Below, one piece after another: positions 26,872-36,757 of a DNA stretch of 44,210 nucleotides (its first letter is position 1; each line of letters starts with the position of its first letter). Both the position numbers and the translations under genes were made by a program. Origin of the DNA: Burkholderiaceae bacterium (GTDB lineage: Bacteria > Pseudomonadota > Gammaproteobacteria > Burkholderiales > Burkholderiaceae_E); the NCBI GenBank assembly GCA_044356835.1, contig JBIKVK010000001.1, positions 1-44,210 on the forward strand, given 5' to 3'. The notes under the pieces were generated by a model. The model had not been told where the DNA came from and did not search any database. It saw only the letters and a list, made by a program, of their open reading frames with translations.

Positions 26872-27750
26872 TCAGCAGCCGACGATCCAGCCTTCCAGGT
26901 CGTCCATCGCCTCCGGCAGGCCATAGCCGGGCTCTCGGGCCAACGCCCAGGCAGCCTGGACCGCGCAGAGCACAGCATCCAGCCAATCGCCTCGGGGGTC
27001 GTCGGCCAGCCGGGTCGCCGCCTCAGGTGCGCAACGGATGGGCAGCTCCAGCCGATGCCGACCTGAGAGGAGGGCCTCAAGGATCTGTTCCCGGGCCCGG
27101 CCGCGGGACGGGTCCTGGCGACGCGGATCATCGCTCTTGTACGATTGCCGCGTGACCGACCGGGCGAGCAGTCCCGGGTAGGCCTCCAGGGCAACCCGGC
27201 CGCGGTCCCCCTCCCAAAGTCCCGGGATGTGAACCCCGGCGCGCATCAGACGGGGTGCGCCGGCTTGGAACATCCACGCCACCGGAGGATTGACCCACTT
27301 CATCGAGGCAGACGAGCCAGCGGGTCGATCGGTGGCGCGATGAGCGAATTTATGACCTGCCGGCCGCGCGGCGCAGAAAGCCCGAAAAAGCTCGCGGGCG
27401 CGCTCCCGGGGCAAGGACTCGAAGTACGCCACGAGTTCGGGCCAGCGGCGCGGCCAGCCCACCGTCTCGACGAATTCACGCGGCAAACCGAACGGGAAAT
27501 CAAAGCCGCCGATCCACGGGCCCGAGGTGCTCAGAAAGGCCTCGAAGGCGACCAGATCGGGTAGGCCCACGAACCCCAGGAGCTCAAACAGCACACCCTG
27601 GCTCTGGTCGAGCACGAGCCGCCCCCGCGCGACCGTGATCGGCTTTCGCATCGAGGGCGCCGAACTGAAGTCAACCCCGAAAATCGTGGTCCCGGCAATT
27701 TCGCCGGAGATCTGGCCCACCGATGACCGGGCGCAATAAAAATCGGACAT
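26872..27750 (-). CDS. DUF429-like protein (predicted RNase H-fold nuclease family); function unknown
   Basis: 292 aa. N-terminal IFGVDFSSAP and later LEAYPG patterns recall DUF429/COG nuclease-fold proteins. This is from memory of the family, not a search. Confidence 0.5.
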   Translation of the reverse strand: MSDFYCARSSVGQISGEIAGTTIFGVDFSSAPSMRKPITVARGRLVLDQSQGVLFELLGFVGLPDLVAFEAFLSTSGPWIGGFDFPFGLPREFVETVGWPRRWPELVAYFESLPRERARELFRAFCAARPAGHKFAHRATDRPAGSSASMKWVNPPVAWMFQAGAPRLMRAGVHIPGLWEGDRGRVALEAYPGLLARSVTRQSYKSDDPRRQDPSRGRAREQILEALLSGRHRLELPIRCAPEAATRLADDPRGDWLDAVLCAVQAAWALAREPGYGLPEAMDDLEGWIVGC

Positions 27751-27903
27751 GAAAGCCTGGAATCAGGTAGGGTTGTGGGCGTCTTGAACCGGTATGCACT
27801 GCAAGGTCTTTCGAGCGCTCGAGGCCATCTTGCCTCATTGTTTCACCCCGGACCGGTCAGGCTCAATTCGCCGGTCCTCCCCGCAGTTCAGGAGAACATA
27901 CCA

Positions 27904-28647
27904 ATGAGCCACTCTTCCACCAAAGTGAAGCCCCTTCCTGGCCAAGGGGCCTGGTCGCGCGACGAGTTCGCCGGCCGACCGATGTCCGAGGTCATTCGCA
28001 AGCGTATCGAGGCCGCAGGGCGTCGCTACCACGCCAATGACAACATCGCCGAGTTCATCCACTCCGATGCGGAGCGGGACGCGCTCAAGCTCGAGGTCGA
28101 GGGCAAGGTCCAGGCCCTCCTCGAATCTCTGGTCATCGACACCGAAAACGATCACAACACTCAGGAAACCGCCCGCCGGGTGGCCAAGATGTACCTGCGT
28201 GAAGTATTCCGGGGGCGTTACGATTCGATGCCCTCGGTCACCGATTTTCCCAATGTCGAACGGCTGAGCGAGTTGCTGGTCATCGGCCCGATCACCGTTC
28301 GATCGGCCTGCTCGCACCACCTCTGCCCGATCTTGGGTCGGATCTGGATCGGCGTCCTGCCGAATGCAGATTCACGCCTCATCGGGCTGTCGAAATACGC
28401 ACGGGTCACCGACTGGATCATGAGCCGGCCGCAGATCCAGGAAGAGGCGGTGAAGATGCTCGCCGATGAGCTCGAGCGACTGCTGCGCCCCGACGGCCTG
28501 GCGGTGGTGATGAAGGCCGACCATTTCTGCATGCATTGGCGTGGCGTCAAGGACGAAAGCTCCATGACGTCCTCGATCATGCGGGGCTCGTTTCTCAAGT
28601 CCGACGGACTGCGTCGGGAGTTTCTGTCACTCATTCGGCCGGACTGA
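27904..28647 (+). CDS. folE: GTP cyclohydrolase I (FolE, type I)
   Basis: ETARRVAKMY, SACSHHLCPI (zinc site), LIGLSKYARV, RPQIQEE, HFCMHWRGV. Comparable by eye to E. coli FolE. ATG 27904 is preceded by AGGAG 9 nt upstream. The track start 27775 is less likely. Confidence 0.88.
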   Translation: MSHSSTKVKPLPGQGAWSRDEFAGRPMSEVIRKRIEAAGRRYHANDNIAEFIHSDAERDALKLEVEGKVQALLESLVIDTENDHNTQETARRVAKMYLREVFRGRYDSMPSVTDFPNVERLSELLVIGPITVRSACSHHLCPILGRIWIGVLPNADSRLIGLSKYARVTDWIMSRPQIQEEAVKMLADELERLLRPDGLAVVMKADHFCMHWRGVKDESSMTSSIMRGSFLKSDGLRREFLSLIRPD

Positions 28648-30441
28648 CGGGCCGCGCGTCAAGCCCTCGACGAGTTCGATCAGGCGCGACAGCCGGTCGG
28701 CCTCTTGGGGTCGCTTGTCCATCCGCCATCGCAGAATTCTCGGGAAGCGGACTGCAACCCCCGCGCGATGGCGGCGTGAGGCCTGGATGCCTTCGAAGGC
28801 GATCTCGAAGACCAGGGTGGGCTCGACGCTTCGAACCGGGCCGAAACGCTCGAGGGTGCTGCGGCGGATCAGGCCGTCGACCTGCCGGATCTCCTGGTCG
28901 GTCAGACCGGAGTAGGCTTTGGCAAACGGTATGAGCTTCGGCTCATCGCCGCGATCATCCCAAACCGCGAAGGTGTAGTCCGTGTAGAGGCCGGCTCTGC
29001 GTCCGTGTCCTGCCTGGGCGTACACCAGTACTGCGTCGACACTGAAGGGGTCGAGCTTCCACTTCCACCAGTGCTTGCGTTCCGTAGATCGAGCCCGACC
29101 CATCAAATAACGCGCCTCAAGGTGCTTGATCATGAGCCCTTCCGCGCCGAAGGTCCGCGCTTCAGCGCGACAGCGGGCGGCGGCTTCCCAGCTCGAAAAA
29201 CGCATCGGCGGCAGCGCATCGATCCATCGATCGGCCTGCCCGTCCTGATGAGGGAGGGGCGACCCCCGGGGCGCTGCAAGGCATGAAGCATCGGAGGCAT
29301 CCGCATCGGCGCCAGAACTCGTATCGACGGCCGAGCCCACCTTCAGCAGCCGCTCCAGTTCAGCCTTGCGGCGTGAGAGCGGCTCGCTGCGCAGGTCGCG
29401 ATGATCCGATCGCAAGCAGTCGAAAGCGATGAACCGGGCGGGCGCCGCCTGCAGGGTCTTCGGGCCTGGCCTCTTGCGGCCAATCCGAGTCTGCAGCACG
29501 GCAAAGGGCATCGGTGCGGGCTCGCCTGGCGTCCAGCACACGATCTCCCCATCGAGCGTGACCCCGGGGGGAAGCCCCTTCAGCGCCGCCTGCGAGAGCT
29601 CAGGGAACCGGTCGGAGATCAATTCCTCGCCGCGCGACCAGAGCGTCACACGATCGCCTTGCCGTACGAGCTGCGCTCGCAGGCCATCCCATTTCCATTC
29701 GAAGAAGCAATCAGCGGCGTCGACCCTCTCCGCATCCTCGGATGTCCAGCTCTGCGCGAGCTGAAAAGGGTACGGCAGGGCCCCTTCGGCCGCATCGGAG
29801 CCGGCCGCATCGGAGCCGGCCGCGGAGGGACTTGGGTCAGCGGTGGATCGCGACGGGGCACACAGCGCCAGAAACGATGCGGCATCAGGTAGCCGCCCCC
29901 CCTCGGCAAAGCCCACCATGCGCTGCGCAAGCAGGCCCGGTTCGATCCCGCAGACCTCGGCCAGGGCCCTCACGACCAGCGGGCGAGCCACTCCAACCCG
30001 AAGGCCTCCAGTGATCAGTTTGTTGAAAACGAATCGTTGCTCGCGATCAAGCAGCGCCCAGCACTGCGCAACCGCCACTGCGGCTTCGGTGGGTTCGAGC
30101 CCCGCGATCGGCAGCAACCGATGCCGGATCCAGTCATCGAGACCCCCTTCAACCCGTGACTCGCCGGCATCGAGGACCAGCGCCACCGTCTCGGCAAGAT
30201 CGCCCACCGCCGCATAGCACTCCTCGAACAACCATTCGGACAGGCCGCTCTGTGCAATCGCGGCCTGGCGCAATACTCGGGTGGAAACAATGCGACGCGC
30301 GCGCCCGCCTGAAAGAAAGTGCAAGGCCCATGCGGCGTCCGCCGGCGGCTCGCTGGAAAAGTAGGCCCGCAGCGCCGCCAGCTTGTCGCGCGTGGCGTTC
30401 GACTGGTCAAGCCGACGGTAGAGCGCAGCAAAGGACTTCAT
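28627..30441 (-). CDS. ATP-dependent DNA ligase (ligase-associated DNA damage response type)
   Basis: 604 aa. Adenylation-domain motifs EWKWDGLR (motif I lysine), LDGEIV, FIAFD, EGLMIKH and WWKWK. ATGA overlap with the upstream exonuclease gene. Confidence 0.88.
   Translation of the reverse strand: MKSFAALYRRLDQSNATRDKLAALRAYFSSEPPADAAWALHFLSGGRARRIVSTRVLRQAAIAQSGLSEWLFEECYAAVGDLAETVALVLDAGESRVEGGLDDWIRHRLLPIAGLEPTEAAVAVAQCWALLDREQRFVFNKLITGGLRVGVARPLVVRALAEVCGIEPGLLAQRMVGFAEGGRLPDAASFLALCAPSRSTADPSPSAAGSDAAGSDAAEGALPYPFQLAQSWTSEDAERVDAADCFFEWKWDGLRAQLVRQGDRVTLWSRGEELISDRFPELSQAALKGLPPGVTLDGEIVCWTPGEPAPMPFAVLQTRIGRKRPGPKTLQAAPARFIAFDCLRSDHRDLRSEPLSRRKAELERLLKVGSAVDTSSGADADASDASCLAAPRGSPLPHQDGQADRWIDALPPMRFSSWEAAARCRAEARTFGAEGLMIKHLEARYLMGRARSTERKHWWKWKLDPFSVDAVLVYAQAGHGRRAGLYTDYTFAVWDDRGDEPKLIPFAKAYSGLTDQEIRQVDGLIRRSTLERFGPVRSVEPTLVFEIAFEGIQASRRHRAGVAVRFPRILRWRMDKRPQEADRLSRLIELVEGLTRGPSVRPNE
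29788..29823. repeat. 15 bp perfect tandem duplication (2.4 copies) inside the ligase gene
   Basis: ggccgcatcggagcc ggccgcatcggagcc ggccgc. In frame, it encodes AAGSD-AAGSD-AA in a low-complexity inter-domain linker. Confidence 0.9.
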
Positions 30442-31538
30442 GTCGCCGGGGCGGGCTGAGGCGGATGCGCCGGATCCGGCGGAGCATCGTCTTCGCGCTC
30501 CGGTCCGAATTGGGTTGAGAAGGAGGAGGCCCGAAGGCCCCGTTCGCTGAGATACCTGACGAGCACCGACTCGAAGCCATGTGTGACGATGACCCGCTCA
30601 GCCCCGCTCTGGGCAATGGCGCGGTTGAGCCCCGGCCAATCAGCATGGTCGGACAGCACGAAGCCACGGTCGATGCCCTGACGCCGACGTGCTCCGCGGA
30701 CCTGCATCCAACCCGAGGCCAAGGCGAAGGCGGGCTCGCCGGCTCGCTCCAGCGCTGCACTGCCCGCGGTCGCGGGCGGCGTCACCAGCAACATCCCGGC
30801 CTCGAGTTTTCGGCCTGCACCGGGCTGCCATGCCGGGCAATCCGGCAGTGCAATGCCGGTGGCACGGTACGCCCGATTCAGGGTCTCGATGGCCGGATGG
30901 CAGCGCATGGGGCCGGGCAGGCCAGGAACGGCTTCAGCATGAAGGCCCGCGATCAGCCGCTGGGCCTTGCCCAACGAGTAGGCGAAGATTACGGCGGGGC
31001 GCCCCTCTGCGGCACACGCCGCCCACCAATCCAGAATCTCGCGAAACACCCGTTCGGGCGCTTGCCAGCGGTACACCGGCAAACCGAAGGTGGATTCGGT
31101 GACCAGAGTCTCGCAGGCGATGGGCTCGAAACCGCGACAGCTGTAATCGGGTTCGAGTTTGTAGTCCCCGGTCACCACCCAGACCCGACCCGCATGCTCG
31201 ATCCGGATCTGCGCCGAACCCAGCACATGGCCCGCAGGGTGAAAGCTGACGCAGGCCGAACCGATGCGCAAGGACTCACCCCAGTCAAGGGTCTGTAAAC
31301 TCACCCCGCCCAGTCGCGCCCGCATCACGTGAGTCGCTTCGCGCGCGCAGAGGTAGTGGCCATGACCCGCGCGCGCGTGGTCGGCATGGGCGTGGGTCAT
31401 GAGGGCCCGGGGGACCGGCCGCCAGGGGTCGATGTAGACGTCGGCCTGCGGACAATAGAGTCCTTCGGGCCGCAAACGAACCAGGTCATCGGCCTCTGCG
31501 CTCGCGGACCCAGCCTGGCGATCGTGCGCTTCAAGCAT
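30438..31538 (-). CDS. Ligase-associated DNA damage response exonuclease (metallo-beta-lactamase/beta-CASP fold)
   Basis: GLYCPQADVYIDPWRPVPRALMTHAHADHAR (HxHxDH motif). Same-strand partner of the ligase. ATG 31538 (MLEAHD..) is preferred over the track start 31715, which overlaps clsB. Confidence 0.82.
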   Translation of the reverse strand: MLEAHDRQAGSASAEADDLVRLRPEGLYCPQADVYIDPWRPVPRALMTHAHADHARAGHGHYLCAREATHVMRARLGGVSLQTLDWGESLRIGSACVSFHPAGHVLGSAQIRIEHAGRVWVVTGDYKLEPDYSCRGFEPIACETLVTESTFGLPVYRWQAPERVFREILDWWAACAAEGRPAVIFAYSLGKAQRLIAGLHAEAVPGLPGPMRCHPAIETLNRAYRATGIALPDCPAWQPGAGRKLEAGMLLVTPPATAGSAALERAGEPAFALASGWMQVRGARRRQGIDRGFVLSDHADWPGLNRAIAQSGAERVIVTHGFESVLVRYLSERGLRASSFSTQFGPEREDDAPPDPAHPPQPAPAT

Positions 31539-31545
31539 GTCGGGC

Positions 31546-32835
31546 TCAGTAACGCATCCCGCGACCGGACACGGCGACGCCGATCCGGAGCAGCCACCAG
31601 GCCAAACGGGTGGCCACGCGCCGCCCAAAGGGCTCTCGCTCGACCTGGGCCAGTTTGATCGCGCTGCCCCCGGTCTGGATTTCGCGTTCGAGTCGGGCCA
31701 CCAGAGCCTCTGCAATGGGCGCAGACCGCATCACGACATTGGCCTCGCGGGCCAGAAGCAGTGAAAAAGGGTCGATGTTGGCCGACCCGACGGTGACCCA
31801 GTCATCCGCGATCGCAACCTTGGCATGAAGAAAACTCGAGCGGTACTCGATGATCTCTACGCCTTCGCGCAACAGCGATTCGTAGAGCGAGAGCGAGCCC
31901 AGATGCGGAATCGGATATTCGATACGCCCTTGCAACAGCAGCCTCACCCGAACACCGCGACGGGCTGCAGCGCAGAGCGCCCGGCGGAAGCGGCGCCCGG
32001 GCAGAAAATAGGCCGAGGCGATCAGCACATCACGCCGGGCCCGTCCCAAAGCCCTCAGGTAGACTTTTTCGATGGTGCGACGGTTGCGCAGGTTGTCGCG
32101 CAGCACGAGCGCCGCGCGGACCCCCGCCCACTCGGACGAGGCATCGACGGGTCCGCCCAAGAGCGCGCTGCCGGGGGACGCATGCGGGCACTCGGGAATC
32201 GGGTGCGAGGCTGCCCTGGTGTCGTGTGCGGCCAGAGCGTCATGCGCCATCGGGCTGTGGGCATGCGCTTCGCTCCAGACCTGGGCCATCGTGCGGCCCA
32301 CATCGGCGACGAGTGGCCCCAGCACACGCAGCGCAAAGTCCAGCCGCGGCGCCTCGAGCGTCCCGTGCCGGGGATCGATACGGTCATCCAGGATGTTGAT
32401 GCCGCCAATGAAAGCTACACCCCCATCGACCACACAGAGCTTTCGATGCAGGCGCCGCAGAACGCGCCAGCGCAAACCGATGATCGTCCTGAACGGGCGG
32501 AACACCCGCACCTGTACGGCCGATGCCGAGATGATCCGCGCAACCTCGCCCTGCAAAGCCATGGTGCCGAAACCATCGACCAGCAGGGTCACCGAAACTC
32601 CGCGGGACGCAGTCCGGGCCAATGCCGTCGCAACCGCCTGGCCGCTCGGGTCGTCATTGAAGATATAGGTCTCGAGCTGGACCGAACGGCGTGCGGAGTC
32701 GATTGCAGCGATCAGGGCCGGGAAAAAAAGATCACCGTTTTGCAACAGGCACACCCGGTGGCCGCCCGCGAAATGAAGTCGTGGGCGACGGTGGCGGTAC
32801 ACGGACTCAGAGCCGGCAACCGCAGGTTCAGCCAT
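31546..32835 (-). CDS. clsB: Cardiolipin synthase ClsB (phospholipase D family)
   Basis: Two HKD motifs: HRKLCVVDGGVAFIGGINI and LHAKVAIADDWVTVGSANID. Follows a ybhP-like gene, as in the E. coli ybhP-clsB arrangement. Confidence 0.88.
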   Translation of the reverse strand: MAEPAVAGSESVYRHRRPRLHFAGGHRVCLLQNGDLFFPALIAAIDSARRSVQLETYIFNDDPSGQAVATALARTASRGVSVTLLVDGFGTMALQGEVARIISASAVQVRVFRPFRTIIGLRWRVLRRLHRKLCVVDGGVAFIGGINILDDRIDPRHGTLEAPRLDFALRVLGPLVADVGRTMAQVWSEAHAHSPMAHDALAAHDTRAASHPIPECPHASPGSALLGGPVDASSEWAGVRAALVLRDNLRNRRTIEKVYLRALGRARRDVLIASAYFLPGRRFRRALCAAARRGVRVRLLLQGRIEYPIPHLGSLSLYESLLREGVEIIEYRSSFLHAKVAIADDWVTVGSANIDPFSLLLAREANVVMRSAPIAEALVARLEREIQTGGSAIKLAQVEREPFGRRVATRLAWWLLRIGVAVSGRGMRY

Positions 32836-33733
32836 CGACGGCCACGGTCAGGCTGGATTCGGTCCGCGGTTCAAGGGTGAGGTCTGCGATCACCGGGCTG
32901 TGATCGGACAGGCGCGCCCAGGCCGCGCCGCGGGGCACTCGGGCGTTCTCGACGGAAAAACCGCGCACATAGATGCGATCCATACGCAGCCACGGCACCA
33001 GGGCCGGGAAAGTGCGCGCCGACCGAACTCGACGCGGCAGCGGCAGTCCGTCGCGTTCGGCCTGAACTCCGAGGTGGGCGAGCCGCTCGCGGATGAAACG
33101 CGGCGGTTGCTCGGGCTCATCGAAGCCGCTGCGGCAGGCGTCGAAGGCCTCGACCACGCCCAGGGCATCGCACATCCGTCTGGACAGACGATTGCGCCAG
33201 TCGTTGAAGTCTCCCCCGATGATGAGCGGCAGATCGGAGGTGACCTCATGGCATATCCAGTCGATCAAGGCATCGAGCTGTCGCTCGCGACTGCGCGCCA
33301 GCAGTCCGAAGTGGACCACGAAACAGTGGACCGGCTGGCCCGAAAGATCAATCACGCAGTGCAGGACGCCGCGCTTTTCAAGCGCATGATCGGAAAAGTC
33401 CCGATGCGAGCGGTGAAGGATCGGAAATCGCGACAGCAGCGCGTTGCCGTGATGTCCGTGCAGATAGGTCGCATTCTGACCATAGGCCGACTCGAAGCTT
33501 TGCCGCAGGCCCGGGGAGCGGGCGAGAAACTGGTCCTGGGGCTCCGCGGGCCAGTGTTCGAAGCGGCCGGCATGACGCTTGTGCTCGCCCTGCACTTCCT
33601 GAAGCAGGATCAGGTCGGCCTCGATCTGATGCAGCCGGGCACGCAGCTCATGGATACTCGCGACCCGGCGCAGACCGAACAGGTCGCGCAAGACGCCCTT
33701 GTGGATGTTGTAGGTGGCTACCCTCAAGCGCAT
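32828..33733 (-). CDS. Endonuclease/exonuclease/phosphatase (EEP) family protein, YbhP-like
   Basis: MRLRVATYNIHKG.., LLQEV, GGDFND and SDHSPV are EEP motifs. ATG 33733 is preferred. The track start 34003 overlaps nudB. Confidence 0.82.
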   Translation of the reverse strand: MRLRVATYNIHKGVLRDLFGLRRVASIHELRARLHQIEADLILLQEVQGEHKRHAGRFEHWPAEPQDQFLARSPGLRQSFESAYGQNATYLHGHHGNALLSRFPILHRSHRDFSDHALEKRGVLHCVIDLSGQPVHCFVVHFGLLARSRERQLDALIDWICHEVTSDLPLIIGGDFNDWRNRLSRRMCDALGVVEAFDACRSGFDEPEQPPRFIRERLAHLGVQAERDGLPLPRRVRSARTFPALVPWLRMDRIYVRGFSVENARVPRGAAWARLSDHSPVIADLTLEPRTESSLTVAVDG

Positions 33734-33747
33734 CGGCAGCCCCTTGC

Positions 33748-34212
33748 TCAACCCGCACCTGATGCAGCGCTCTGACGCCGGGGGAGCATTCGGATCGCCT
33801 CGACGTTGGTCCAGGAAAAGCAGCGCTCCGCCGCCTGATCCCAGGGCAGCCAAAGGGCGCTCAGGTGTTCTCGGGGCGCAAGCCTCACCTCGACCGGGGC
33901 GGGCAACTGGAGTCCGAACACATGTTCGGTGTTGTGTGTGACCCCCTCGGGATAACGATGCCGCCAATGCGCATAAATTTCGTAGCGTTGCGCGAGGTGC
34001 CAATCAGTCAGTCTATAGCGGTCAACCTCGAGACCGGTCTCTTCGAAGACCTCACGACGACAGGTCTCCACGAGCGATTCATGCAGGCTGTCCTTGCTCC
34101 CGGTCACCGACTGCCAGAAACCGGGGTGATCTGCGCGCTCGAGAATCAGCACCTGGAGATCTTCCGTGTGGATCACCACCAGCACCGACTCGGGGATCTT
34201 GCTGCCTGCCAT
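33748..34212 (-). CDS. nudB: Dihydroneopterin triphosphate diphosphatase (Nudix hydrolase NudB)
   Basis: Nudix box GSKDSLHESLVETCRREVFEETGL. Immediately downstream of aspS, as in E. coli. Confidence 0.8.
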   Translation of the reverse strand: MAGSKIPESVLVVIHTEDLQVLILERADHPGFWQSVTGSKDSLHESLVETCRREVFEETGLEVDRYRLTDWHLAQRYEIYAHWRHRYPEGVTHNTEHVFGLQLPAPVEVRLAPREHLSALWLPWDQAAERCFSWTNVEAIRMLPRRQSAASGAG

Positions 34213-34243
34213 GGGCCGGGCCTACCTGAGCGCCAACCGCGGA

Positions 34244-36040
34244 TCAGCCCGCAGCCGCCTCGACGCCACGCAAACGAATATGCAGCTCGCGCAATTGTCG
34301 CTCTTCGACACCGGACGGCGCCTGGGTGAGGAGGCACTGCGCGCGCTGCGTCTTCGGAAACGCGATCACATCGCGAATCGATTCCGCGCCGGCCATCATG
34401 GTCACGATACGGTCGAGTCCGAAGGCAATCCCGCCATGAGGCGGTGCGCCGTACTGCAGAGCGTCCAGCAGGAATCCGAACTTGGCTCGGGCTTCCTCGG
34501 GGCCGATCTTGAGCGCACGAAAGACCTTGCTCTGAACCTCCTCGCGGTGGATACGCACGGATCCCCCACCGATTTCCCAGCCGTTGAGGACCATGTCATA
34601 GGCCTTGGCAAGGCACCGCCCGGGGTTGCTCTCGAGATCGTCCTCATGGCCGTCTTTGGGGGCCGTAAAGGGGTGATGGACGGCAGCCCAGCGACCGGCC
34701 TCCTCGTCGTACTCGAACATCGGGAAGTCGACCACCCAGAGCGGCTTCCAGCTGTCCTCGAAGAGCCCGCTCTTGCGACCGAATTCGGAGTGGCCAATGC
34801 GCACGCGCAGAGCGCCCATGGCATCGTTCACGACCTTTGCCCGATCAGCGCCGAACAGGATCAGGTCGCCATCGGCGGCTGCGCTGCGCGAGAGGATCGC
34901 CGCGATCGCCGGGTCATGGAGGTTCTTGACGATCGGTGACTGCAGGCCCTCACGGCCGCGGGCGAGCTCATTTACCTTGATCCAGGCCAAGCCCTTCGCA
35001 CCGTAGATGCCGACGAACTGGGTCCAGCTGTCGATCTCGCCCCTGGAGATGCTCGCACCCCCGGGGATGCGCAACGCCACCACGCGGCCGCCTTCCATGT
35101 TGGCCGGGCCACTGAACACCTTGAAGTCCACGTCCTTCATCACGTCGGTGATTTCGGTGAACTGCAGCTTGACACGCAGGTCGGGTTTGTCCGAGCCGTA
35201 GCGCAGCATCGCATCGCCGTAGGTCATCTGAGGGAAAGCGTCAGGCAAGGCTACGCCGATCGCCTTCTGGAAGACCTCGCGGATCATCCGTTCGAAAATC
35301 GCTCGGATTTCGGTCTCGCTCAGAAAGGAGGTCTCGCAGTCGATCTGGGTGAATTCGGGCTGGCGGTCCGCGCGCAGGTCCTCATCCCGAAAGCACTTGG
35401 TGATCTGATAGTAGCGATCGAAGCCCGAAACCATCAGCAACTGCTTGAAGAGCTGAGGAGACTGAGGCAGGGCAAAGAATTGCCCGGCATTGACCCGCGA
35501 GGGCACGAGATAATCGCGCGCGCCCTCGGGCGTGGACTTGGTGAGCATGGGAGTCTCGATGTCCAGGAAACCCTCGCCATCGAGAAACTTGCGGACCTCC
35601 ATCGCAACGCGGTAGCGCAGCTTGAGATTGTTCTGCATCGCCGGGCGCCGCAAATCCAGTACGCGATGGGTGAGCCGCGTGGTCTCGGAGAGGTTGTCGT
35701 CGTCGAGCTGAAACGGAGGGGTCACGGAGACGTTAAGGATGTCGAGTTCATGGCACAGCACCTCAACCGCACCGCTGCCGAGATTGGCATTTTCCGTGCC
35801 CTCGGGGCGTCTGCGCACCTTGCCCGTCACCCGCACGCAAAACTCGTTTCGAATACGCTCGGCGACCGCGAACATCGCGGGGCGGTCAGGGTCGCAGACG
35901 ACCTGCGCAAGCCCCTCGCGGTCACGAAGATCGATGAAGATCACGCCACCATGATCACGCCGACGGTGAACCCATCCGAACAGGGTGACGATTTGATCCA
36001 GGTGCTCAGCCCCGATCTGGCCGACATAACAGCTACGCAT
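34244..36040 (-). CDS. aspS: Aspartate--tRNA ligase
   Basis: [36 protein letters not shown]. Class II motifs [18 protein letters not shown] and [12 protein letters not shown] 36040 matches the canonical N-terminus. The track start is 36058. Confidence 0.95.
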   Translation of the reverse strand: MRSCYVGQIGAEHLDQIVTLFGWVHRRRDHGGVIFIDLRDREGLAQVVCDPDRPAMFAVAERIRNEFCVRVTGKVRRRPEGTENANLGSGAVEVLCHELDILNVSVTPPFQLDDDNLSETTRLTHRVLDLRRPAMQNNLKLRYRVAMEVRKFLDGEGFLDIETPMLTKSTPEGARDYLVPSRVNAGQFFALPQSPQLFKQLLMVSGFDRYYQITKCFRDEDLRADRQPEFTQIDCETSFLSETEIRAIFERMIREVFQKAIGVALPDAFPQMTYGDAMLRYGSDKPDLRVKLQFTEITDVMKDVDFKVFSGPANMEGGRVVALRIPGGASISRGEIDSWTQFVGIYGAKGLAWIKVNELARGREGLQSPIVKNLHDPAIAAILSRSAAADGDLILFGADRAKVVNDAMGALRVRIGHSEFGRKSGLFEDSWKPLWVVDFPMFEYDEEAGRWAAVHHPFTAPKDGHEDDLESNPGRCLAKAYDMVLNGWEIGGGSVRIHREEVQSKVFRALKIGPEEARAKFGFLLDALQYGAPPHGGIAFGLDRIVTMMAGAESIRDVIAFPKTQRAQCLLTQAPSGVEERQLRELHIRLRGVEAAAG

Positions 36041-36054
36041 TGAACAATCTCCGT

Positions 36055-36672
36055 TCATGGCCCGGGCACGGGCGAGGCGCCGCGATCGCCGGGCGCAACG
36101 ACACCCATCGACACGACGTACTTCAGGGCTTCATCCACGCTCATGTCGAGTTCGATCACCTCGGCACGGGGCAACATCAGAAAAAACCCCGAGGTGGGGT
36201 TGGGCGTGGTGGGAACATACACCGCCACCATGTCCGTCTGGATGAGCCGGCGCACCTCATCGGCCGGCGTCCCGGTCTGGAAGGCAATAGTCCAGACGCC
36301 CGCTCGCGGGTACTGGACCAGAAGCGCCTGACGAAACGCCTGCCCATTGGGCGCGAGAATCGTGTCGCTCACCTGCTTGACGCTGGAATAGATGCTGCGC
36401 ACGATCGGGATCCGCCCAAGGAGCGACTCGCCGAACCGGACCAGCCGTTCGCCGATGAAATTGCGCGCAAGCAATCCGGTCAGGAAGATGATCAGAGCGG
36501 TCAGCAGTACTCCCAGCCCCGGGATGGAGCGCCCCAGCCACTCTTTGGGCTGCCAGGTCTCGGGCAGCAACAGCAGGCTCTGATCGAGCGTGGTGACGAT
36601 GACCTCGAGCACCCACATCGTGATCCCCACGGGGATCCAGAGCAACAAGCCGGTGATGAAGTATTTTTTCAT
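36055..36672 (-). CDS. DUF502 domain-containing membrane protein
   Basis: [22 protein letters not shown].. with two TM helices, and PNPTSGFF typical of DUF502. ATG 36672. The track ORF is over-extended upstream. Confidence 0.8.
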   Translation of the reverse strand: MKKYFITGLLLWIPVGITMWVLEVIVTTLDQSLLLLPETWQPKEWLGRSIPGLGVLLTALIIFLTGLLARNFIGERLVRFGESLLGRIPIVRSIYSSVKQVSDTILAPNGQAFRQALLVQYPRAGVWTIAFQTGTPADEVRRLIQTDMVAVYVPTTPNPTSGFFLMLPRAEVIELDMSVDEALKYVVSMGVVAPGDRGASPVPGP

Positions 36673-36757
36673 CGAGGATCCGGTCCAGGTGCCGGGCAGG
36701 CGGGGCTGAGGCCCGCCCTGAGGAGGTGAAGGGGAGACATCTGGCTGCACACGCCCC

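Noticed and set aside
27751-27903. Possible folate (THF-II/folE-motif) riboswitch in the folE leader. There is a GGACCGG..CCGGTCC hairpin followed by a CCUCC stretch that could pair with the SD.
   Set aside because: I cannot match it to the riboswitch consensus from memory, and that motif class is reported mainly from other lineages. The hairpin may equally be a divergent-promoter element. A cmsearch against Rfam is needed before making any claim.
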